From the NCBI GenBank assembly GCA_963845755.1, contig CAWJTV010000022.1, positions 64,001 to 128,000 on the forward strand: a stretch of DNA of 64,000 nucleotides. Reading direction: 5' to 3'. Within the stretch, counting starts at the first letter, position 1; each line of letters starts with the position of its first letter. The notes beneath the pieces were generated by a model. It made no database searches and was not told the DNA's origin. It was given only the letters and a program-made list of their open reading frames with translations. Both the position numbers and the translations under genes were made by a program. The DNA is from an uncultured Planctomycetota bacterium. Its GTDB lineage: Bacteria > Planctomycetota > Planctomycetia > Isosphaerales > Isosphaeraceae. Below, one piece after another: positions 33,384-43,124 of the stretch.

Positions 33384-33964
33384 CGGAGTTCGCCGAGTTT
33401 GATCGGCGGCCGATCCTGGTGGCGATTGCCGGCCCGAATGGAGCCGGGAAGACCACCTTCTTCCACGCCCATTTGGCCTGGGCGGGGCTGCGATTCGTGA
33501 ACGCGGATGTGCTTGCCGCCGAACTTGCCGTCGAACCATACGACGCGGCTCGTCTGGGCGATGCCTTGAGACAGGCTCTGGTCGGGCGCCGGGAGAGTTT
33601 CGTCTTTGAGACGGTTTTCTCCGATCCGGTGGGCGCCAAGGTCGCGTTCCTGACAGAGGCGGCTCGCTGCGGCTATGTCGTCGTGTTGTGTTACATCGGC
33701 CTCTCCGGCCCCGATCAGTCGCTCGAGCGCGTGGCGATGCGCGTTTCGCAGGGCGGTCACGATGTTCCCGACGACAAGCTCCGGTCAAGGTTTTCTCGAA
33801 CGCTCGTCAATCTCCAGGCCGCCATCGCGCAATTACCTCATGTCTTGATTCACGATAACAGCGACTTGAATGTCCCATATCGCCAGGTGGCCGTTTTCGA
33901 TCACGGGCAACTGCGCCATCTTCAGGAACCGGTTCCCCAGTGGCTTCGACCCATCTTCCCCTGA
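33374..33964 (+). CDS. Zeta-toxin-like P-loop NTPase/kinase
   Basis: AIAGPNGAGKTT, FVNAD, FVFETVFS, RVAMRVSQGGHDVP and DNS. Confidence 0.85.
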   Translation: MPLTEFAEFDRRPILVAIAGPNGAGKTTFFHAHLAWAGLRFVNADVLAAELAVEPYDAARLGDALRQALVGRRESFVFETVFSDPVGAKVAFLTEAARCGYVVVLCYIGLSGPDQSLERVAMRVSQGGHDVPDDKLRSRFSRTLVNLQAAIAQLPHVLIHDNSDLNVPYRQVAVFDHGQLRHLQEPVPQWLRPIFP

Positions 33965-34245
33965 GAGGTCAACCCAGGGGGACCAGCGATAGGGACAGAT
34001 GCCAAGTCAGGGAGATATCCCTCGATCGTTTCGGCAAGACCCGAGATCTGGATCAAACCCTCTTGGCTGGCTTGCCTGAATTGCCAAGTGATTGAGGAAT
34101 GTCCCGTTACTTTCCCGCAAGGATCAGGTTGCAGCCGACGCCGACGATGGTCCGGCTCGCGGATCGCTCAGGGCTGGCGCAGTGCGGCCCTCGGCGGCCG
34201 CTCTCGGCGTTTTCGGTGGGGTGCTTGAGGTGCTCGGTCATCGGC

Positions 34246-37200
34246 TCAGCTGATCCGGTTCTTCCGCCAGCGCAGGCCTCCAGGTCGGCGATTGCCGGCT
34301 CGAATTGGTTTGAGACCTGTCCGATCGCCGCCCGGACGACCCGGAGGTGCATGTCGCCAGGCCGCTGCCGGATCGCTCGGTTGAAGTCGTCGAGGCGCCT
34401 CGGGGAAGCGTTGCAGTTGAAACAACGCATGGCCGCGCTGATGATAAGACTCGGCGTCTTCGGGGTCCTTGCCGATGCGTTGGGTGTGGAGGGCGACCAG
34501 TTCCTCGGGCGACAGGCCGTTCGGCTCGATGTGACCGTCCAGCGGGTCGAGCTCGACCTGGATCCGCGGCAGTGGGGGTGCCGATGGTTCGGCCGGGTCG
34601 TCCCTGGGCAAGGCAGGGGCGTCCCAGTCGAGGCACCGCGATCGAAGATGTCGGCGGATCGCCCGCAGGTCCCAGACATGCACAGCCGGCCCGTCATGGG
34701 TGACTACCACCAGCCGCGAGCCATCGGGGCTGAAGGTGGCTCCTCCTTCCACCAGTGCACACGAGTCTGGGGTCTCGAGCCGAGCGACCGTGCGGCCCGT
34801 CTCGGTCTCGACGAGGCGAAGGACCTTGTTCGCCTCTTGAACCAGCAGATGGCGGCCGTCGGGGGAGAAGGTGAGCCCGTCGCCCCCCACCGCAGCGCCT
34901 CGTTCCAGGTGCCGGCAGCCCAGAGCCGGCACGGGGACGGACTCGTCATCAACCATTTCCCATCGGGGCTGAAGGCGACACTGACGAGCCCCTCGACCTT
35001 CAGATCGGCGACCCGCCGGCCATCGGCGATCCGCCAGACCTGGGCGCCGTTCTTGCCGTGGCTGCCGGTCGCCAGCCATTGACCGTCCGCGCTGACCGCG
35101 ACATAGCGGCAGTCATCCAGCGGGCCCACGCGGGAACGTTCGACCCGGAGTCGAGGACATGCGGTGACGTCGAGAATCCGCTGCGGCCACGATTCGACCT
35201 GACCGGTCCGCGGCTAATCGCCCAAGACCGGCTACTGGCAACGGGAGGCGGCGCGGCGGGCCGACGCGGAATTCCCCCTCCTTGGGATCGAGCTGAACCG
35301 GCCACCGCTGAACGCCGAGGTCGACCGCTGGTGACCGTGAGCAGGTCGCCCGAGGCCTCGAACAGCGGGTACCGGGGAATCCGATCGGCAGGAATGCGAG
35401 TTCCGCGCCACGGGCCAGATCCCAGAGCACCACGCCCCGGTCCGTCGCCAGATGCGAGCACCCGGCCGTCGGGGCGGATCGAAGCATCTCCAATAACGAA
35501 CCGGCTGGCCGAACGCATGGGCCAAGGTTTGGTATTCGAGGGCCGGCTCGACCACATACGTCGTCAATCGGCTCCTCGACCGAAACGACGATGCGTCCGT
35601 CCTGGCTGAATCCCGCATGAAAATAGTAGTGATCGCCGGTCAAGCTCAGCACGGGCCGGCCCAGGGCCGCGTCCCAGAGCCGAAGACGCCTTCCCATCCG
35701 TTGCTGGCCAGCAACGCGCCGGTGGGGTGGAAGGCGACGGACAGACCGGCATTGGTATGTCCTTCGAGGGTCGGCCTTGCGGATGCCGGTGGCAGCGTCC
35801 CAGAGGTAGATTTTCTGATCTCACTCGGTGTTGCCAGCGTGGTGCCGTCAGGACTCCAAACGACCCTAGACGCAGGTTGCGGCAGCAGGATCGACCAGGA
35901 GGCGGCCGGCCGCGACTCCACGATCCGGCAGGTGAAGCTGGCCCGCTCATTATGGATCGTGGCGATCCGGCCCCGTCCGTGCAAGGCCAGGTCCTTTGCC
36001 GACCCCGGGCCGGCCCAGGACCTTTCTGTTGCACGATCCGGCACGTCGAGTTTCGCGGGTCCTTTTGCAGGATCGCCATCTGGGCCCCGTCGGCGCGGAA
36101 GGCGATGTGCCCCGGAGTCGGCATCCGCCAGCGTCGCATCGGTCAACCGGTCGCCAGGTCGTAGACGAGGAGCTGTCCATCCGCGTGGCATAGGGCGACC
36201 CGCCGGCTGTCCGGGCTGAACTGTGCCGTGCCCCCCGCGACAGGGCCGGGATCGCTGACGGCGACCGTACGCTTTTCGATGTCCCAGACCGTCAGGGCAA
36301 ATCCGGGAAAATGGGTGGTCGCCAGGTAGCGGCCATCTGGACTGAAGCCGAAGACGAAGATTTCGCGATCGCCCCGGGCCGGAAAGCGGGCAATCTCTGC
36401 GTCATCGGCGAGGCGGCGGACCTGGATCGTCCCATCCTTGAACCGCAGCGCATAGCGGGTCATGGCCGTGTCGAACGCGGCCAGGAACGACTTCGGGTGG
36501 TCGATGGATGACCTGGCCGGTCTCCTTCAGGTCAGGGAGGGCCAGGCAGGCGATCGCCTCATCGCGGAGACGGTCGAATTGGTCGGGTGGCAGCTTCAAG
36601 TCCCGCGCGATCGACGACCGCTTGTTCCAGGGCGTGCAGGCTCTCGAAGCGCTGCCCGACCCGGCGGCCGAACCGCCGGGCTTGCGCCTGGGCGACCAGC
36701 GAGTCGTACAGGTTCTTGCGCGAGTCGAGCAGGTTGCTCGCATCGCGCTCCGCATTCTGGATTCGCAGGCCATCCTGATGGAATCTCCAGGCCGACATGA
36801 TGGAGCCCGACCGTCACGAACACCAGTAGGCCCACTGTGGCGATGCTGGCCGCCGCCAGCCCCGGGCTGCGCTTGCACCACCGCCAGAGCCGCTCCGGAG
36901 GCCCGGACCGGCCGCGAGCGGATCGGCCGGCTCTCGAGGTATCGACGCAGCTCGTCGCCCAGCTCCCCCGCCGTTGCGAACCGATCCTTGGGGTCCTTGG
37001 CCAGCGCCTTGAGCACCAGCGTCTCCAGGTCCCGAGGGATGCGGCGATCGTGCTGCCGCAACGCGCTCGGCGGTTCGTGCGTGATCCGGTCCATCAGCCG
37101 GGCCTGGTCCCGCTCATCGAAGGCCGGCTTCAGGGTCAGAAGCTCGTAGAGCGTCGCGCCGAGCGAGTAGACGTCACCCCGCGCGTCGGTGACGCCCCGG

Positions 37201-38218
37201 AACCGCTCGGGAGCCATGAAGCGGAGGGTCCCGACCAGGTCATGCGAGTGCGAGAGGTCGTCCCCCTCGACCAGCTTCGCCAGGCCGAAGTCGGTGACCC
37301 AGACGTTGCCCTGGGCGTCGAGCAGGAGGTTGGAGGGCTTGATGTCGCGGTGGATCACCCGCTGTTTGTGGGCGTAGTCCAGCGCGTCGGCGACCTGGGC
37401 GCCGAGGCGCGCGACCTCGCGGAAATAGACCGACTCGGACTGACCGAGAATCGAGCTGCTGGCCAGAACAACGCCTTCGGTGGCGGTCGTGTCGCCGGTC
37501 GTCACGATCGCCGTCGAGCTCGACTCGGCGGCAAGGGGAGCCATCGGTGCCTCGGCGAACCGGCCGGTCAGCAGGCCGCGGGAGATCGCCGTGAGCGGGT
37601 CCGCATCCTGCGACGGTCGCCGTCTCCTGCCCCGCACCGATCGCTCTCGGCCCCGGCGTCGCGCTCGGCCGCAGGGCGGAGGCGGCGGACGTCGTCCAGC
37701 ACCCGCTCCAGCCCGACACCGGCGATGTATTGCATCGCGTAATAGAAGACGCCGTCCTGCTGGCCATAGTCGAAGACCGGCACGATGTTGGTGTGGTGCA
37801 GCTTCGCCGCCGACCGCGCCTCGGTCTGGAAGCGCCGCACGTAGTCCCGATCGGCGCGGAACCGTGCGTGCATGACCTTGAGCGCCATGCGGCTCTTGAG
37901 CGATTCGTGCTCGGCCTCGTACACGATCCCCATACCACCGGCGCCGATGCGGCGAAGCAGGACGAACTCACCCAGACGCTGCGGCTCCGGTCCGCCCGAG
38001 CCGAACGGCCCCACATCGAGGCCGGCCCCCTGGCTCTTCTCAGGGCCGACCTCCTCCAGGGCAACCAGTGTGGGAAAGACGGCGCGAATCCGTTCGGCGA
38101 GCTCGGGATGCCTGGCGGTGTATTCGCTGAGCGAGGGCCGCTCGCCCCGGCGGTATCGCACGAGGAAGGCGTCGGCCAGATCGTCGATCGGGTCGAATTC
38201 ACAGGAAGGCTCGCTCAT
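34246..38218 (-). CDS. Ser/Thr protein kinase with WD40 repeats and C-terminal TPR (many frameshifts; 3' end uncertain)
   Basis: IGAGGMGIVY, ALK, HRDIKPSN, TDFGLAK, FMAPE; multiple FSPDG/HPTG WD40 blades; YHQRGHALF TPR. Confidence 0.85.
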
Positions 38219-38859
38219 GACCTCATTCCTCCCAGGCCACCCGGCGAGTGCCCCAGGATCCGTTTCAGCCGTTCCAGGGCCCGGATGTACCGCTTGCCGG
38301 CGGCGCCCTCCGAAAGTCCCAACAACTGGGCAATCTCGGCGCGGCTCAATTGCTCGAAGTGGCGCAAGGCCAGCACCTCGCGGTCGAGTGGGTCCATGGT
38401 GTTGAGTCCGTCCTGCACGCGAATCCTGAGCTCGGCACGGACCGCCGCCTCGCTCGGCCGCGTGTCATGCCCCAGGAGCTGGGCGGCCAGCGCGGCCGAG
38501 GACGCTTCTGGCACCGGTCCCCGGCACAACGCCACCTCCTGGTCGGCGGCGCGCATCTGCGCTCCCAGATGATGCCGATGCAACGTCACCAGCTTCTGGC
38601 CGGTGAGGAACCGGAGCCACAAAAAGAACGGCATCGACGGATCGCCGAGGTACTCGGTCAATCGAACGGATGCCTCCAGATACGCTTCCTGGATGACGTC
38701 CGACGCGTCGATCCGCCCCTGCAACCGCCGATCCATCCTCAGCGCAACCATGCGCCGGAGCCGATCGCCGTGCCGTGTCAGCAGGGCCCCCAGAGCCCGC
38801 GGATCACCGCGGGCCGCCTGCTCGAGCAAGTGGTTGGTCACATCCGAGTTGCTGGTCAT
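38215..38859 (-). CDS. ECF sigma-70 factor (planctomycete kinase-associated type)
   Basis: RLRRMVALRMDRRLQGRIDASDVIQEAY, FFLWLR, DREVLALRHFEQLS; ATGA overlap with the kinase gene. Confidence 0.92.
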   Translation of the reverse strand: MTSNSDVTNHLLEQAARGDPRALGALLTRHGDRLRRMVALRMDRRLQGRIDASDVIQEAYLEASVRLTEYLGDPSMPFFLWLRFLTGQKLVTLHRHHLGAQMRAADQEVALCRGPVPEASSAALAAQLLGHDTRPSEAAVRAELRIRVQDGLNTMDPLDREVLALRHFEQLSRAEIAQLLGLSEGAAGKRYIRALERLKRILGHSPGGLGGMRS

Positions 38860-39386
38860 CGAAATCACCGTGCCGAGAGTGGTTCACGCCGCAACCAGGG
38901 GCCCGCGCATCCGAGGCCGACGGCAAGATCGCGCACGAACCCCATACAAAGAGTAAACCGCGCAAGCGGACCAAAAGGGGACAGGAAAATGGACCTTTTT
39001 TATGCCTCCCTCACGCATCATATCGAGGAGATCCGCAAGTTTTCAAAGATTCGTGACTTTTTATCGTACCGTTGGGGGCAAGTCGCGCGGTTAAGGGTGT
39101 AGCGACGCCCAGCAGAAGTCTCACAAGGCGGGCGTGCCCGGCGAGAGGTGCGCGGCCGGGACAGCGGCTCCGTCGTGGTATCGCGGACCGTATTCCGACA
39201 GCCCAGAGGCTGATCATGTCCCGTTCATCGTGGCGTTCCTGGCGCGTTTCGATCAGCCAGGCCCGGCGCGGCCCGCGTCGCAACTCGGCGTAGCGGCCGA
39301 AAACGGCCCGCCTTGTCCTGGAGTCGCTCGAAGGTCGGGCACTGCTGACGACCTACGACGCGAGCAGGGTCTCGGCCCTGATCGCC
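38653..39386. repeat. ~730-bp direct repeat, copy 1 (sigma 5' end, divergent promoter, vestigial export-signal ORF)
   Basis: Near-identical to 46678-47407, with scattered substitutions and small indels. Confidence 0.95.
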
Positions 39387-39440
39387 AGATTCCCGATGAA
39401 GGCCTCATGTCGAACACATCTTCTTGAGAGGACGCTTCCA

Positions 39441-39998
39441 ATGTTGCGCAGATACATGACAACCCTCGCCCTGGCCGTGCTCTCGATGTCGTTCTTCGCC
39501 ATCGCGTCCGGCTCGCAGCAGGCCCAGGTGCCGCAAACCGGCACTCAGAAGGCCCACACTCAGAAGGCCCACACTCAGAAGGCCCAGCGCATCTTCGAGA
39601 TGTGGATGTACGTCTCGGACCACACCAAGCACGACCAGGTCGATCAGCACTTCCGCAATCATGCGGTCCCGCTCTACCAGAAGCACGGGATCGAGCTGAT
39701 TGGCTCCTGGACCATCCACGTCGAGCCGCCTCACGTGGCTCAAGACCAGAAGCACGCCGCGACTCCGGTCCAGAATCCCCCGGGCAATGCGATCCACAAA
39801 GACCAGAAGCACGCCACGAACGATACCGTGGTCGCGCTCCTCGCCTTCCCCAGCCATGAGGCCGCCGCCGCGTCCTGGAAGGCGATGGCGACCGATCCCG
39901 AATGGACGAAAGAAGTCCAGGCCACCAACCGGGGGCATTACTTCATCAAGTCGGAGAAACTCGGCCTCCAGCCGACGGATTACAGCCCGATGCGGTGA
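39441..39998 (+). CDS. Exported NIPSNAP-family protein
   Basis: Signal peptide; RIFEM..Y, HFRNH..LYQKHGIELIGSW, FPSHEAA..SWKA..DPEW, LQPTDYSPMR; 15-nt tandem repeat x3 (TQKAH). Confidence 0.8.
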   Translation: MLRRYMTTLALAVLSMSFFAIASGSQQAQVPQTGTQKAHTQKAHTQKAQRIFEMWMYVSDHTKHDQVDQHFRNHAVPLYQKHGIELIGSWTIHVEPPHVAQDQKHAATPVQNPPGNAIHKDQKHATNDTVVALLAFPSHEAAAASWKAMATDPEWTKEVQATNRGHYFIKSEKLGLQPTDYSPMR

Positions 39999-40122
39999 TC
40001 GGATCGACGATCGGGATTTCCCGTCGAGAAGGCCGCGCGATCCACACGTCCCGGTCGCGGGGCGATCGTTCTCACGACGCCCGCGACCGGCCACACTTTG
40101 CCACATTTCCGAGGAGACTACC

Positions 40123-42696
40123 ATGAGACCATCGAGCATTCCGAATCGCCCTGCGTTCGCCCGTCATCCCGGGAGATTGCGGGCCCTGAACCTCACCATC
40201 ATGACGTGTCTCGCCACGGTCATGCCGGGAGGTTCGCTACGAGCACAGGTCGCGAAATTCAACCAGATCGACATCACGATCCAGACCGGCGGCGACGACC
40301 TGCGCAAGAGCAGCTCGGCGACCGCGACACTGGAGTCGCCGAAGGGAGCCCAGCTTCAGGTCATCACCTTGAAGGGGCATAACCAGGGGAGTTTCGACAA
40401 CAACTCGATGCACAAGATCCACGCGGACTTGAAGCATCCGATGACGAGGGCGGAGATCGGGCATATCGTCATCGCGCTCCAGGAGCACAAGGGGATGTTC
40501 CAGGGTGACGATAACTGGAACGTCCAGAGTGTATCGGTCGCGCTGTCGAACAAGGGCGCCGACGAGACCCCGATCATGTCCTTCTCGGGCGACCCGCTCG
40601 CGAGGCTCACGGGCAGCGTCCACAGCTTCTCGCTCCCGGAGGAGGCGCGAGGGCCCGCGGGCACGTTCAATTCGATCCAGTTCTTCATCCTGACCGGCGG
40701 CGACGACCTCCGGGGAGACAGCTCGGCGACCGCGACCCTGCTCTCGGCGAACGGAGTCAAGCTCCAGGTCCTCACGCTGAAGAACCAGAATCAACCGGGC
40801 TGGGGGAACAACTCGAGGAACTTGATCTCGCTCGAACTGAAGCCGCCCAGGCCCCTCTTCGCCATCCAGCACATCCAGATCGACCTCCAGTCGCACGACA
40901 AGTTCGGCGAGACTGCCGACAACTGGAATGTGCAGGACGTGAATGTGATGCTGGGCAACGACGGCGTCGGCAATCGCGAATTGATGGGAGCCGTCGGCGA
41001 ACCGTTGCAAAGACTCACCCACAGCCTGCCCAGCCTGGTGATCGACAATCCGCACTTCCACAGGAATGTCCTGGGTCCGCAGAAGGCTCCCGCCGATTGA
41101 GGGGCTTCGTCGATCTCCACACCCATCCGCTCTCGAACCTCGCCTTCGGGGGAAAGTTCATCTATGGAGGCGTGGATGTCGGCTCGCTCCTCCCGGCCGA
41201 TCCTGACTGCCACCACAATGTCCGCGCGAAGTGCATGCAGCAAGCCCTGGGTCACGACGGTTCGACACATGGACCGCCTATCAAGAGTCTCAATCCCATC
41301 GGGGGGGCCTCGGACTTCAACTCGTGCGGTGACCTCATCCGCTGGCAGGTTATTCACAATGCCCAACAAAAGAGTATCCCTCCCGCCGCAGACGAGAGCG
41401 ACGACGGCACAGCGCGCCGGACTTCAACGAATGGCCGGTATGGAATGATGTCACGCACCAGAAAATGTGGGTCGAATGGATTCGGCGCTCTACGAGGGCG
41501 GATTGCGGGTCATGGTCGCACTCGCCGTGAACAACAAGACGATGGCAGACATGACGTCGGGGCCGGGAGACGGACCGACCGACGACCGCGCGTCAGCCGA
41601 CCTTCAGATCAAGGAGATCAAGGCGTTCGTGGGACGGCATGCCGACTTCATGGGGATCGCTTCCACTCCAGAGGAACTGGAACAGCTCGTCCGGGCGAAC
41701 AAACTCGCCGTCGTCCTGGGCGTGGAGATCGACAATATTGGAAACTTCAATCATGTGTCGCCTCTGACTGAGAAAGCGATCAGTGCAGAGATCAATCGTC
41801 TGTACCAGGAAGGTGTGCGTTATATCTTTCCCGTCCACCTCCTGGATAATGCCTTCGGAGGAACGGCCGCCTACCAGGACCTCATGAATTACTCGAACCG
41901 TCGTGAAGCTGGGCACTGGTGGGACCTCCGGCGCACGCCGCACTATAGCTATCACTTCGGGCAGGATGGTGTCGGAGGCTTCTGGTTCACCTCCGGCGTG
42001 CTCGCCAAGCTGGCGATCGTATTCGATCCGCCCAACTATCCCGCACCTAAAGACGGGAAGGGCCAGGCGAATAAACGCGGTCTGACGCTGCACGGCGAAT
42101 TCGCGATCAGGGAGATGATGCGGCACGGCATGCTGATCGACATTGATCACATGTCAGAGTTATCTCAGGCCCGGACGATTGAGATTGCCCAAAAGGCCGG
42201 TTATCCCCTCAATAGCGGCCACAATGTCCCGCTCTCCTCCCCGGGAGGCTCCGAGCGGAACATGACCAGCGCAAATTACGCGGCCATCGGCAAGCTGCAC
42301 GGAATGGCCGGGATCGGCATCTCGAGCCTGGATGCCCAGCAGTTCGTGACGAAATACCAGGCCGTCACCACGGACATGGGGCCTGGGGCCGTGGCCGGCT
42401 TTGGCACGGACACGAACGGCCTCGCGGTCGGGATGCCGCCCCGGACGGGCTCGGCGGTCCACTACAGCGACGCGTTCCCGAGGAGCCGGCTCGGTACCAG
42501 GACGTGGGACTACAACCACCAGGACGGCCACGGCGGCGTCGCGCACTATGGGATGTTGCCGGATTACCTGGAGGACGTCGGGTCCCTCCGGCAGCAGGGG
42601 GGGAAACATGTGGTTGACGAGATGATGTTTGGCGCCGACTATTTCCTCCATACCTGGAAGAAGTGCGAGGCGGAAAAGGCGAGCGTGAAGCCGTGA
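40123..42696 (+). CDS. Secreted protein: two PLAT-like repeat domains fused to a membrane dipeptidase (M19)/amidohydrolase domain (frameshifts ~41093, ~41410, ~41490)
   Basis: Two TGGDDLR...DNWNV domains. GFVDLHTHP, LAVVLGVEID, HLLDNAFGG, MLIDIDHMS, FGTDTNG and GVAHYGMLPD. A 1-nt correction at ~41093 joins the ORFs. Confidence 0.72.
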
Positions 42697-42991
42697 GAGA
42701 CCGTCCCGCGCGGCGACCCTTGGACCGAGAGGGACCTGTTTCCCGACCCGACCGCGGGCCTGAGCCCGCGATCCGGAAGGGGGGCGCAGCCCACTCGTTT
42801 CGCACGTCGGCGCCCCGAGTCGTCGCGAGTGGCGAGTCTCGGGAGCGTCGAGCCGGGCCGGATCGGTATCCGCTTTCCTCGCCCCTCGCGACGATCCCGG
42901 GTCCCGTCCGGACCGCTCGCTCACGTGGCCGGTCACAACGGATCCGATGACCCGTCAAATATTGAAAAGTAAAAAAACTTTTACGACACAT

Positions 42992-43017
42992 CTGTCACGT
43001 CCCCGCCGGCGGGCGTC
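42992..43017 (+). promoter_or_regulatory. Putative ECF-type promoter TGTCAC-N15-CGTC with upstream A-tract
   Basis: AT-rich island (AAAAGTAAAAAAACTTTT) in GC-rich DNA, followed by ECF-like -35/-10 elements. Confidence 0.35.
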
Positions 43018-43124
43018 GTCGGGATGATTCGCACGAAATGCCTGCATCGTGGCCATCGAGCCAATGTCATTCAACTCGGGGAGTCGCCCGGGGCGCTCCC
43101 CTCCCTTACTCCCTGGAGGTCACC

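Noticed and set aside
39291..39293. Amber read-through (pyrrolysine) at the shared TAG
   Set aside because: No pyl genes are seen, and the downstream frame is truncated anyway; simple decay before duplication is more parsimonious.
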